In this document: positions 55,142 to 64,000 of the stretch, in pieces | How the letters are laid out: the number at the start of each line of letters is the position of its first letter | Position numbering within the stretch: the stretch's first letter is position 1 | Source of the DNA: Acetomicrobium hydrogeniformans | GTDB lineage: Bacteria > Synergistota > Synergistia > Synergistales > JAFGMB01 | Direction: 5' to 3' | DNA length: 64,000 bases | NCBI GenBank assembly: GCA_016841745.1 | Contig: JAENYO010000001.1 | Location: 120,799 to 184,798 of the forward strand | Translations under genes and position numbers: made by a program | The notes under the pieces: model-generated | What the model saw: the letters and a program-made list of their open reading frames with translations, nothing else | Told to the model about the DNA's origin: nothing | Database searches by the model: none

Positions 55142-56350
55142 TTGTCAGAAAAAGCAATTGGCATCGTTGCTGAATATAATCCTCTCCATAATGGACACCT
55201 TTACCAGATACAGCAAAGCAGAGAGCTTTCCGGAGCTCATGACATAGTTATCGTCCTGTCCTCTCACTTTGTCCAAAGAGGAGAACCTGCATTTCTGGAT
55301 AAATGGACCCGCTCAGAAATGGCACTCCTGGCCGGAGCAGATCTTGTAATAGAACTTCCAACCATCTATTCGTGTCATAATGCAGGAGTCTTCGCTAATG
55401 CAGCAATAGATCTGCTGAAAAGTACAGGGATTGTTGAGTATGTATCTTTCGGCATGGAAACTCCCACTCTTCTTGTAAACACAATCTCCGACATTTTAAT
55501 TCAGGAACCCGAACCTTTCAAGTTCCTTTTACGATCTTTTCTGAATATGGGTTTTTCTTTTGTTGAAGCAAGGGCTAAAAGTCTGGAAGAACTGGTACCT
55601 GGTGCTGCTGATTTCCTTACCAAACCCAATAATAGCCTTGCCCTCTCATACGTAAAAAGAATACGGGAATCCAATTATTCCCTTAAAATTATTCCTGTAA
55701 AAAGGATCTCAAGTCATTATCACGAAGAAGATTTACAAGGATCCATTTCCAGTGCTACATCCATCCGTACAGCTACCCGGAAGGGACAGATCCAGCTGGC
55801 CAGCGAATCCATTCCTAGCCAGGCAAGAAGTTTGTTTGTTCAAAACATTATATCCGGCCGAGCTCTGCTTAGCATGGATATTTTCTGGCGCATCTTAAAA
55901 ACAACCATTCTCCGCTCTGAACCTGACACTCTTGCCGGTTATGCTGAGATTTCCGAGGGGGTAGAACATTTATTCAAAAAGATGGCACCAAACGCGACCA
56001 ATTGGGAGGAATTCGTCAATTCCTGTATTTCCAGAAGGTATCCCAGAGGAAGAGTCCAAAGAAATCTCATACATATCCTTCTTGGTATAGATCATTGGGA
56101 TAACCGTTCCTTCCAGAGACTTGGACCTGCATATATCCGCATACTTGGAGCAAACAAGAAAGGAAAGGCAATGATAAGAAAAATGCGGAAAACAGCAACT
56201 CTCCCTGTAATAACAAGGGCTTCCGCTCCATACTCTCCCTATGCAAGAAAAATGATGGATCTTGAACATAGAGCAGGGGCAATATGGGAATTGCTGATTG
56301 AATCATCTGTTACAGAACATGAAAAGACAAGAATTCCCCTTATGATGTAA
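55142..56350 (+). CDS. tmcAL: tRNA(Met) cytidine acetate ligase (YlbM/UPF0348 nucleotidyltransferase)
   Basis: 402 aa with GIVAEYNPLHNGHLYQI (HxGH nucleotidyltransferase motif). The start is TTG behind GGAGAAGGAGA. Confidence 0.75.
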   Translation: MSEKAIGIVAEYNPLHNGHLYQIQQSRELSGAHDIVIVLSSHFVQRGEPAFLDKWTRSEMALLAGADLVIELPTIYSCHNAGVFANAAIDLLKSTGIVEYVSFGMETPTLLVNTISDILIQEPEPFKFLLRSFLNMGFSFVEARAKSLEELVPGAADFLTKPNNSLALSYVKRIRESNYSLKIIPVKRISSHYHEEDLQGSISSATSIRTATRKGQIQLASESIPSQARSLFVQNIISGRALLSMDIFWRILKTTILRSEPDTLAGYAEISEGVEHLFKKMAPNATNWEEFVNSCISRRYPRGRVQRNLIHILLGIDHWDNRSFQRLGPAYIRILGANKKGKAMIRKMRKTATLPVITRASAPYSPYARKMMDLEHRAGAIWELLIESSVTEHEKTRIPLMM

Positions 56351-56843
56351 TAGACCTCCTGGCAAACCGCTCTCTCAGCCGTCTGTATACCCCTGGGGGA
56401 ACCATGTCCTGAACAGGCCCTCCAAAGTGGAAGATCTCCTTGACTGCTCTGCTGGAAAGATAGGAATATTTAGCATCTGTTACGATAAAAAGAGTTTCTA
56501 TGTCGGGTGCCAATTGTCTGTTCATGAGTGCAAGCTGGAATTCATATTCAAAGTCCGAAAGAGCTCTCAGTCCTCTGATTATTATCCGGCTGTGTTCCCT
56601 GCGAAGAAAATCAACAAGTAGGCCTGTAAAGGAATTGACTTTTACGTTAGGCAGGTGGCTCAAGGCTTCTCTCGCCATAGCCCGGCGATCTTCAATGCTG
56701 AAGGTGGCCTGTTTCTGGGGATTCAGGAGAACAGAGACAACAAGTTCGTCAAAAAGGGCGGCAGCCCTTTCTGCTATGTATATGTGTCCATTGGTTATAG
56801 GATCAAATGAACCTGGGTAAACGGCCTTAATCTGACGTTTCAT
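56340..56843 (-). CDS. coaD: phosphopantetheine adenylyltransferase
   Basis: 167 aa with AVYPGSFDPITNGHIYI. Confidence 0.95.
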   Translation of the reverse strand: MKRQIKAVYPGSFDPITNGHIYIAERAAALFDELVVSVLLNPQKQATFSIEDRRAMAREALSHLPNVKVNSFTGLLVDFLRREHSRIIIRGLRALSDFEYEFQLALMNRQLAPDIETLFIVTDAKYSYLSSRAVKEIFHFGGPVQDMVPPGVYRRLRERFARRSITS

Positions 56844-57384
56844 CTATGTCACCCCCGATACTCTCTTCTTTTCTGGAAATTATCGACAGACAAGTATCTC
56901 CGTATCTTCTCTGGTCTGATAAAACCCAGCCTTTCCCAATCTCGGAGAGAGGTTCTCTTACTGTATGCTCAAGGAACAATTGTCCGCCCTTAAGAAGCAG
57001 GTCCGGATTATTAATGACTATTTCCAGTATCTTATCGGGCCATCCAGCATTGTAAGGCGGATCAGCAAATACAACATCAAAGGCAAAGCCTTTCTTGATA
57101 AGGAATTTAACTGCACGTCGGACATCCATGGAAAGTACGGTAAATTTGCGCCCCGCCTCGGAATTATTTGGCAATTTTATCAGTGAACTCCTGTTTCTTA
57201 ACAGTTCCACTGCTACAATATTGTCAGCATTTCTTTTCCATGCCTCCAATGCGACTCTGCCGGTACCAGAAAAAAGATCCAGAAAAGACTTATCCTTCAA
57301 AGGGCCGATCATATTGAAAAGAGCCTGGAGAACTTTCCCGGAGGTAGGACGTACTTCCTTCATATCTCTATTCTCTCCGATCAA
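56827..57384 (-). CDS. rsmD: 16S rRNA (guanine(966)-N(2))-methyltransferase
   Basis: 185 aa with LDLFSGTGRVALEA and the DPPY motif (FADPPYN). Confidence 0.85.
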   Translation of the reverse strand: MIGENRDMKEVRPTSGKVLQALFNMIGPLKDKSFLDLFSGTGRVALEAWKRNADNIVAVELLRNRSSLIKLPNNSEAGRKFTVLSMDVRRAVKFLIKKGFAFDVVFADPPYNAGWPDKILEIVINNPDLLLKGGQLFLEHTVREPLSEIGKGWVLSDQRRYGDTCLSIISRKEESIGGDIDETSD

Positions 57385-57434
57385 TAAAATATTTTATAGT
57401 GTGTGTATCCTATCATGATTATAGTGTAGCCAGA

Positions 57435-57833
57435 CTATAATCGATAGGGTTTGATATCAATAACCGGAGTCCCATTGACAGCATCAAGATCCTTAACCTC
57501 CAGAAAAACACCTCTTCTCTCTATAAGCCTGCATCTGGTTACCCCGATAAAGTTTGGTCTTCTTGGAGAACAAGTGGCAAGGACACCCCTGAGGGGCCTT
57601 TTATGATCCCCTCTAGGGTGAACTTTCAATGGATACCCTTCAGATTTATGAAAGTAGAATAGGACAAGAATAAATTCTTCATGTTCGATACCATCCAATG
57701 CTTCTTCAAATTCCGGATAGATCTCCAGGCAACATGTCCTACCATGGAAATAGTCCGGAGGATGAGTCTTTTCGACTTCGGATCTCACTATTCCTATCGG
57801 CTCTATGGAGAAAGAAAGAGGTAAGGTATTCAT
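57435..57833 (-). CDS. TsaA/YaeB-family (TrmO-like) SAM-dependent tRNA methyltransferase, short form
   Basis: 132 aa with IGIVRSE, PRRPNFIGVTRCRL and DAVNGTPVIDIKPY. Confidence 0.75.
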   Translation of the reverse strand: MNTLPLSFSIEPIGIVRSEVEKTHPPDYFHGRTCCLEIYPEFEEALDGIEHEEFILVLFYFHKSEGYPLKVHPRGDHKRPLRGVLATCSPRRPNFIGVTRCRLIERRGVFLEVKDLDAVNGTPVIDIKPYRL

Positions 57834-58774
57834 TCTTCCGATTCAGTTCTCAATCTGTCACATAAATCATGCAGGGCCCCCTTGACCGCAGGGGTCCTGA
57901 AGGGAGATCCTGTTTCAGCCAGTTTAAAGATCACTCCTTCCCCACTCTCAGCAATCCTTATGAAGAATTTCTGTTCAAAACCTTGATCAGAAACAATAAT
58001 CTCGATCAGATAGACTCCTTGTTCATTGGAAAAGGAGTCCTTGAAAACCCAATGACTGTCCTTATGACCACCTTCATGATTAAACAGGTTCCTGAGCTTT
58101 GCAAGGTTTAGTTCCTTGATTTTGGCTTTAAGGTGCATTTCTGCATCGACCTCCGATAGAACACGTTTAATGGTAAAATTATTGATTTTTTCGATCCGCA
58201 CAAGATGGATATCCTTACCCATCTCCATCCATTTACGCTCATACTTTGTTGTTACAGGACGTACTGGATTGACTGTATATCTTTCCAGCCTCATTGAAGG
58301 GTGGGCTCCGAGAATTTCTCCGACTTCGTGAGCATACCACTCTTCATCTGTAACAAGTTCATAATAACCTCCCATCTTAAGCACAGATGCAAGAGCATCG
58401 GCAAATGATGGATTCGTAACTCTTCTCTTGGCATGTCGACTCTTGGGCCAAGGACACGGGAAATTCATGTATACTACATCAAGAGACATGTCTGGAAAGC
58501 ACTCTCTGAGAAGAAACCTTGCATCTCCCATAATAAAATGAACATTACCCACGCCTGCTCTGATAGCCCTCCTTGCAGCTTTCAAGACACATGTAAGAGA
58601 AACTTCAATTCCAACCACAATATCTTCTGGTCTGGATCTGGCTAGATGTACTGGAAATTCCCCATTGCCAAAACCTATCTCCAGTAATACAGGTCTATCT
58701 AAACAGCCGGATATTTCCAATGGAAGAGGGCTTTTTTCAGGATTTAAAATTATTTGTTCCATTGCAGGGAGCAT
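57830..58774 (-). CDS. trmB: tRNA (guanine-N7)-methyltransferase with ~110-aa C-terminal extension
   Basis: Contains LEIGFGNGEF and NFPCPWPKSRHAKRR, followed by an uncharacterised C-terminal region. Confidence 0.8.
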   Translation of the reverse strand: MLPAMEQIILNPEKSPLPLEISGCLDRPVLLEIGFGNGEFPVHLARSRPEDIVVGIEVSLTCVLKAARRAIRAGVGNVHFIMGDARFLLRECFPDMSLDVVYMNFPCPWPKSRHAKRRVTNPSFADALASVLKMGGYYELVTDEEWYAHEVGEILGAHPSMRLERYTVNPVRPVTTKYERKWMEMGKDIHLVRIEKINNFTIKRVLSEVDAEMHLKAKIKELNLAKLRNLFNHEGGHKDSHWVFKDSFSNEQGVYLIEIIVSDQGFEQKFFIRIAESGEGVIFKLAETGSPFRTPAVKGALHDLCDRLRTESEE

Positions 58775-59126
58775 TGTATCTCCTCCTCTCAGTAGAATAT
58801 ATTTTTATCTTCCACTCTTTCTATTATATGTACAGAAGAAAAAGATTTCGAGAAAGAGAACTGATTAATGAGTATAATGGGAAGAGCGAGGGTAAATCAT
58901 AATATTGGAGATGATATATTGCAAGCATAACATTAATTCCAGACTAATTTTACACTTTTTTCTGTAATGTTATTGTATATTTTATGCAACAAATTGACAC
59001 ATTCAATAGCATTGTAATATCATCATCCTTAATATGTTTTAGGTTCCATTTGATAATTTAGGCACAAACTCATTCAGGAACGATAAGTCCCGTGAATGAG
59101 AATAAAATCAAAGAGGTGGTAAGTAT

Positions 59127-62100
59127 ATGTCTAAACAGTGGAAAAGTATGGATGGAAATACCGCAGCAGCCCATGTGGCTTACGCATTCACCGATGTTGC
59201 GGCCATCTACCCCATTACACCTTCCTCCCCAATGGCTGAATACATTGATGAATGGGCAGCCCATGGGAGAAAGAATATTTTTGGCAAGACTGTTGAAGTA
59301 GCAGAACTACAGTCTGAAGCAGGTGCTTCTGGTGCAGTTCATGGATGTCTGTCCGCCGGAGCTCTGACCAGCACATTCACTGCATCTCAGGGTCTGCTCC
59401 TTATGATCCCCAATATGTACAAGATCTCAGGAGAACTTCTTCCGGGTGTATTCCATGTTAGCGCAAGAGCTGTAGCAGGACATGCCCTTTCGATCTTCGG
59501 AGACCATAGTGACGTAACTGCTGCAAGGGCAACTGGTTTCGCCCTTCTTGCTTCCGGTAGCGTACAGGAAGCAATGGATCTTGGAGCAGTTGCTCACCTC
59601 AGTGCTATCAAGGGAAGCCTTCCTTTCGTTCATTTCTTTGACGGCTTCAGGACATCCCACGAGATCCAGAAGATCGAGATCTGGGATTACGATGACCTTG
59701 CTAAACTGGTTGATTACGACAAGGTTAAAGAATTCCGTGCGAAAGCCCTTAACCCGGAGCATCCCTATACAAAGGGAACTGCCCAGAATCCTGACATCTA
59801 CTTCCAGGCCAAAGAATCTGCCAACAAGTTCTACACAGCTATTCCTGATATCGTTGCGGGTTACATGAAGGAAGTCAGTAAGATCACTGGCAGGGAATAC
59901 AAACCTTTTAACTACTATGGTGATCCTGAGGCCGAAAATGTGATAATCCTTATGGGTTCCGCCTGCGAGGCTGCAGAAGAGACAGTCGATTATCTTCTTG
60001 CAAAGGGAGAAAAGGTCGGTATCTTGAAGGTCCACCTTTATCGCCCATTCTCTGCAAAATATTTCTTCGATGTACTTCCCGAGACAACACAGAGGATCGC
60101 TGTTCTTGACCGTACCAAGGAACCTGGAGCACTTGGAGAACCCCTCTATCTCGATATCCGTTCATTATTCTACAAAAAAGACAATGCTCCTGTTATAGTC
60201 GGTGGAAGATATGGTCTTGGTTCAAAAGATACCACTCCTTCTCAGATCAAAGCAGTTTTCGACAACCTGAAGCTACCTGAACCCAAAGACCAGTTCACCA
60301 TCGGTATCGTTGATGATGTAACCTTTACTTCCCTTCCTGTTGGTGAAGAGATCAATGCTGCGCCAGAGGGCACAATAAGATGCAAGTTCTGGGGCCTTGG
60401 CTCTGATGGTACTGTTGGTGCCAACAAAAACTCCATCAAGATAATTGGAGATAATACAGATATGTATGCCCAGGGTTATTTCTCTTATGACTCAAAAAAA
60501 TCAGGCGGGGTAACCATATCTCATCTTCGTTTCGGCAAGAAACCCATCAAGTCAACCTACCTGATTAACGATGCTGATTTTATAGCATGCCACAAGCAGG
60601 AATATGTTCACCTGTACGACGTACTTGCCGGACTTAGAGAAGGTGGATCATTCCTTCTCAATACCCAGTGGACAACAATCGAAGAATTGGACACTCACCT
60701 TCCAGGTTCTGTAAAGCGTTACCTTGCCAATAATGATATCGACTTCTATATCCTTAACGGAACAGATCTTGGTCAGGAAATAGGACTTGGCAACAGAATA
60801 AACATGATCATGCAGTCAGCCTTCTTCAAGCTTGCCAAGGTCATTCCTCTTGATGACGCTGTCAGATTCATGAAAGAAGCCATCAAGAAAACTTACGGCA
60901 AAAAGGGTGACAAGATCGTTAACATGAACTATGAAGCAGTCGACAAAGGAATAAATGCTCTTCAGAAAATAGAAATACCGGAATCCTGGAAAACTGCAGC
61001 AGATGAAACTGCGGAAGAAAGCAAGTCCGTTCCTGATTTCATCAAAAATATCTGCATACCCATGAACATGCAGCTTGGAGATAAACTTCCTGTAAGTGCC
61101 TTCGTAGGAAGAGAAGATGGAAGTTTCCCCAATGGCACAGCCGCATTTGAAAAACGAGGTGTCGCTGTTAACGTTCCTGAATGGCAGATCGACAAATGTA
61201 TTCAATGTAATCAGTGCTCATTCGTTTGTCCCCACGCATGTATCCGCCCCATGCTCGTGAACAGTGAAGAGATGAAGAATGCACCCGAATCCTTCAAGAC
61301 CCAGGATGCAAAAGGCAAGGAATTCGAAGGTCTTAAATACAGGATGCAGGTTTCATCTCTCGATTGTACGGGGTGCGGTAACTGTGCAGATATCTGTCCA
61401 GTAAACGCTCTTGTTATGGAACCTCTGGCAACACAGACTGATACAGAGATATCTAACTGGGATTTTGCCGTCACCGTATCTGACAAATCGGAAGGTATCA
61501 ATAAAAAAACTGTCAAGGGAAGCCAGTTCTGCCAGCCCCTTCTTGAGTTTTCTGGAGCATGTGCCGGATGTGGAGAAACTCCCTATGCCAAGGTAGTTAC
61601 CCAGCTCTTTGGGGACAGAATGATAATAGCCAATGCAACAGGCTGTTCCTCCATCTGGGGTGGTTCAGCGCCAAGTACTCCCTATACGGCCAATGCTAAA
61701 GGCCAGGGACCCGCATGGGCCAACTCCCTTTTCGAGGATAATGCTGAATACGGTTACGGAATGAGACTTGCTGTAAACAACATTACAAAGACCCTCGAAA
61801 ACGCTGTCATAGAACTTCTTGAAGCGAATATCACAGCAGAGGCAAAGACTGCTTTGACCAATTGGATGGAAGCCAAGGAAGATGGGGAAGCTTCCAAAAA
61901 GGCAGCAGAACAAGTCAAGACCCTCTTTGGCAAAGACATGGGCAACAAGGAATCCAACGAACTCCTCGCCAAGATAGAGGAACTCAAGGATTATCTTGTC
62001 AAGAAGTCTGTATGGATCCTTGGAGGAGATGGATGGGCTTACGATATCGGTTATGGCGGTCTCGATCATGTCCTCGCATCAGGAGCAAATGTCAATGTTC

Positions 62101-62672
62101 TAGTTTTCGACACAGAAGTTTATTCAAATACCGGAGGTCAATCTTCCAAAGCAACGCCAACGGCAGCTGTAGCAAAGTTCACTGCTTCTGGTAAACGTAC
62201 AAAGAAAAAGGACCTTGGTAAGATATGCATGAGCTATGGGTACGTCTACGTTGCTCAGGCTGCAATGGGAGCAGATAAGAACCAGTTCATGAAAGCTATT
62301 ACTGAAGCAGAAGCATATGATGGTCCATCCCTTATCATATGCTATGCTCCATGTATCAATCATGGCATTAAAGTAGGCATGGGAAAGTCTCAGGAACAGG
62401 AGAAAAAAGCTGTTGAAGCCGGTTACTGGCACATGTACCGATTCAACCCTGAACTCAAAAAGGAAGGCAAGAATCCTTTCTCCCTTGATTCCAAGGAACC
62501 AAAGGCTGATTTCAAGGCTTTCCTTATGAGTGAAGTAAGATATTCTTCCCTCACAAAGACATTCCCTGAAATAGCTGAGGAACTTTTCCAAAAGGCAGAA
62601 GAAGATGCAAAAGAACGTTATGAAAGTTACAAACAACTTGCAGAGATGGGCAAGGTACAGGCAGAAGCCTAA
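59127..62672 (+). CDS. nifJ: pyruvate:ferredoxin (flavodoxin) oxidoreductase, single-polypeptide type
   Basis: 1181 aa with two 4Fe-4S ferredoxin motifs (CIQCNQCSFVCP, CTGCGNCADICP) and a TPP domain (GGDGWAYDIGYGGLD). Confidence 0.95.
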   Translation: MSKQWKSMDGNTAAAHVAYAFTDVAAIYPITPSSPMAEYIDEWAAHGRKNIFGKTVEVAELQSEAGASGAVHGCLSAGALTSTFTASQGLLLMIPNMYKISGELLPGVFHVSARAVAGHALSIFGDHSDVTAARATGFALLASGSVQEAMDLGAVAHLSAIKGSLPFVHFFDGFRTSHEIQKIEIWDYDDLAKLVDYDKVKEFRAKALNPEHPYTKGTAQNPDIYFQAKESANKFYTAIPDIVAGYMKEVSKITGREYKPFNYYGDPEAENVIILMGSACEAAEETVDYLLAKGEKVGILKVHLYRPFSAKYFFDVLPETTQRIAVLDRTKEPGALGEPLYLDIRSLFYKKDNAPVIVGGRYGLGSKDTTPSQIKAVFDNLKLPEPKDQFTIGIVDDVTFTSLPVGEEINAAPEGTIRCKFWGLGSDGTVGANKNSIKIIGDNTDMYAQGYFSYDSKKSGGVTISHLRFGKKPIKSTYLINDADFIACHKQEYVHLYDVLAGLREGGSFLLNTQWTTIEELDTHLPGSVKRYLANNDIDFYILNGTDLGQEIGLGNRINMIMQSAFFKLAKVIPLDDAVRFMKEAIKKTYGKKGDKIVNMNYEAVDKGINALQKIEIPESWKTAADETAEESKSVPDFIKNICIPMNMQLGDKLPVSAFVGREDGSFPNGTAAFEKRGVAVNVPEWQIDKCIQCNQCSFVCPHACIRPMLVNSEEMKNAPESFKTQDAKGKEFEGLKYRMQVSSLDCTGCGNCADICPVNALVMEPLATQTDTEISNWDFAVTVSDKSEGINKKTVKGSQFCQPLLEFSGACAGCGETPYAKVVTQLFGDRMIIANATGCSSIWGGSAPSTPYTANAKGQGPAWANSLFEDNAEYGYGMRLAVNNITKTLENAVIELLEANITAEAKTALTNWMEAKEDGEASKKAAEQVKTLFGKDMGNKESNELLAKIEELKDYLVKKSVWILGGDGWAYDIGYGGLDHVLASGANVNVLVFDTEVYSNTGGQSSKATPTAAVAKFTASGKRTKKKDLGKICMSYGYVYVAQAAMGADKNQFMKAITEAEAYDGPSLIICYAPCINHGIKVGMGKSQEQEKKAVEAGYWHMYRFNPELKKEGKNPFSLDSKEPKADFKAFLMSEVRYSSLTKTFPEIAEELFQKAEEDAKERYESYKQLAEMGKVQAEA

Positions 62673-62702
62673 CTATCCTCTGTTTTTTAGAAATATTTGA
62701 AT

Positions 62703-62743
62703 AAAAAAAGAGACAGGATGTAGTATATCCTGTCTCTTTTTTT
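62703..62743 (+). terminator. intrinsic terminator after nifJ
   Basis: AGAGACAGGAT-gtagtat-ATCCTGTCTCT flanked by an A-run and TTTTTTT. Confidence 0.9.
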
Positions 62744-62873
62744 ATTCAACCAAGCAGACAGATTTACATAAGACTTTCCAGAATCTCATAAAACATGTTG
62801 ATGATCCCGGATATTTCAAAAAATTGTCTTTGTATTGAAAACAGGATAATATGGCAAAGTTGGTTTTTGATAC

Positions 62874-62902
62874 TTGACCTAAGCGTCAAGGAACGATAAA
62901 AT
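62874..62902 (+). promoter_or_regulatory. sigma70-type promoter of tRNA-Pro
   Basis: TTGACC, a 17-nt spacer, then TAAAAT. The -10 ends 12 nt before the tRNA 5' end. Confidence 0.6.
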
Positions 62903-62914
62903 ACCTTCTGTTCA

Positions 62915-62992
62915 CGGGACGTAGCGCAGCCTGGCTAGCGTACCTGCATGGGGTGCAGGTGGTCGGAGGTTCGAATCCTCTCGTCCCGACCA
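62915..62992 (+). tRNA. tRNA-Pro(GGG)
   Basis: Sequence CGGGACGTAGCGCAGCCTGGCTAGCGTACCTGCATGGGGTGCAGGTGGTCGGAGGTTCGAATCCTCTCGTCCCGACCA. It has the C1:G72 pair typical of bacterial tRNA-Pro, anticodon loop AUGGGGU and an encoded CCA. Confidence 0.9.
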
Positions 62993-63000
62993 GAAAATAA

Positions 63001-63036
63001 AGCGGGAAACCGGAAAGGTTTCCCGCTTCCTTTTTT
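63001..63036 (+). terminator. intrinsic terminator after tRNA-Pro
   Basis: AGCGGGAAACC-ggaaa-GGTTTCCCGCT followed by TCCTTTTTT. Confidence 0.85.
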
Positions 63037-63050
63037 AGGAGCATACAACA

Positions 63051-63878
63051 ATGAAGGATAAGTCCTTATTCATTCATAAAACCAGCCTTGGCCAGAATTT
63101 TCTTATAGACAGAAATATACTTGGCAAAATTGTAAAATATGCCAACATCTCAAGTGATGACGTTGTTCTGGAGGTAGGAAGCGGAATGGGTATTCTTACC
63201 AGAGAACTGGCCTTACAGGGGTGTCAAAGGCTTTATTCTCTTGAGATAGATAAAAGACTCGAAGAATATCTTTTACCCTTGGAGGAAGAGTTTCCAAACC
63301 TTTCAGTTATCTGGACTGATGCTGTAAAGTTCGACTACTCTTGCCGTTTAGTTCCTCTCCCCAATAAGGTAATAGCCAATCTTCCTTACCATATAACTAC
63401 TCCTCTGCTATGGAAGATTGTCAGCACCCTTGTAGATAAGGGGCTGAATTATTTTATCCTTATGGTACAAAAAGAAGCTGCTGAAAGGCTATGTGCACGC
63501 CCTGGTACTAAAGAGAGATATCCCCTTGGTATAACAATTGATGCCATGGGCACTGCAAAACCTCTCATGAAGGTGTCTCCCCAGTCCTTCCGCCCGATTC
63601 CCAGAGTCGACTCGATATTACTGGAGATAAAACTTCATAAAGATTTACAGCTTGGTTCCGACCCAACATGGAAGAAGATGTTAAGAACTGCCTTTGCTCA
63701 AAGAAGAAAAACACTATTAAATAACCTTGTACCCTTCATTGAATCCATGGAGAAGGCTGAGCTGGGAAAGATCATGTTAGAACTTGGAATTGATGAGCGA
63801 TGCAGACCTGAGCAACTTACCACAGATCAGTGGCTCAATTGTTTCAAAGTGATAGGACCTTATATTAAAAACAATTAA
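63051..63878 (+). CDS. rsmA: 16S rRNA (adenine(1518)-N(6)/adenine(1519)-N(6))-dimethyltransferase
   Basis: 275 aa with LGQNFL, VLEVGSGMGILT and NLPYHITTP. Confidence 0.95.
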   Translation: MKDKSLFIHKTSLGQNFLIDRNILGKIVKYANISSDDVVLEVGSGMGILTRELALQGCQRLYSLEIDKRLEEYLLPLEEEFPNLSVIWTDAVKFDYSCRLVPLPNKVIANLPYHITTPLLWKIVSTLVDKGLNYFILMVQKEAAERLCARPGTKERYPLGITIDAMGTAKPLMKVSPQSFRPIPRVDSILLEIKLHKDLQLGSDPTWKKMLRTAFAQRRKTLLNNLVPFIESMEKAELGKIMLELGIDERCRPEQLTTDQWLNCFKVIGPYIKNN

Positions 63879-63903
63879 GGCGGCTTTAGTGGCCGCCTTA
63901 ATT
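63873..63903. terminator. bidirectional terminator between rsmA and hup
   Basis: AATTAAGGCGGC-tttagtg-GCCGCCTTAATT. On the minus strand it is followed by GTTTTT. Confidence 0.7.
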
Positions 63904-63933
63904 ATAAGAATTTTAAAACTTGGGGATAAATGC

Positions 63934-64000
63934 CTATACTTTGTCTTTAAGTGCTTTGCCTGGCCTGAAAACGGGAACTTTTTTGGCAGCAATCTGTATA
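63934..64000 (-). CDS. hup: DNA-binding protein HU, C-terminal 21 codons only (gene runs off window)
   Basis: The minus frame from 63999 reads IQIAAKKVPVFRPGKALKDKV-stop (TAG 63936-63934), which matches the HU C-terminal arm. It is not in the ORF track. Confidence 0.7.
   Translation of the reverse strand, partial: IQIAAKKVPVFRPGKALKDKV

Noticed and set aside
59427-62636. Several long minus-strand ORFs (202, 129, 134 and 170 aa) lie inside the PFOR gene.
   Set aside because: They are shadow ORFs antisense to a strongly conserved 1181-aa frame, with low-complexity translations and no start signals.
63777-63992. A 71-aa minus-strand ORF at the right edge.
   Set aside because: It spans the rsmA 3' end, the bidirectional terminator and the out-of-frame hup tail. 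The real minus-strand coding signal is the HU C-terminus in another frame.

Overview
This is a chromosomal window from an anaerobic bacterium that ferments amino acids and pyruvate. Gene order resembles Firmicutes/Synergistetes-type genomes (tilS-hpt-ftsH, tmk-holB-ricT, yceD-rpmF-fapR-plsX-fabH-fabK-fabD-fabG-acpP-fabF-rnc), but the taxon cannot be fixed from the sequence alone. There are about 55 protein genes, nearly all on the minus strand and tightly packed with many 1-30 nt overlaps, plus 4 tRNAs (Leu-UAA, initiator Met, elongator Met, Pro-GGG). I saw no rRNA, CRISPR array or prophage. Most of the content is housekeeping: uvrA/uvrB, a Lon-like protease, mnmA, a P-type ATPase, cobO, hypF, glpX, purB, ftsY, prfB, birA, selD, pyrE/F/R, fatty-acid synthesis, ackA, pyruvate:ferredoxin oxidoreductase and rsmA. 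The only accessory-looking part is the left 7.5 kb. It holds a proline-racemase-family epimerase with 2Fe-2S and FAD dehydrogenase subunits, an NSS transporter with an unlisted 31-aa MetS-like partner ORF, a ~1-kb AT-rich apparently non-coding stretch, and a dead IS1182-type element sitting in the proC terminator. Several signals are hidden from the ORF track: UGA-selenocysteine recoding in selD (with a SECIS-like hairpin), the +1 frameshift of prfB, three internally deleted gene remnants (transposase, cold-shock gene, MFS transporter), a partial hup at the right edge and a partial oxidoreductase at the left edge. I did not find a convincing novel multi-gene system, and the interest scores reflect that.
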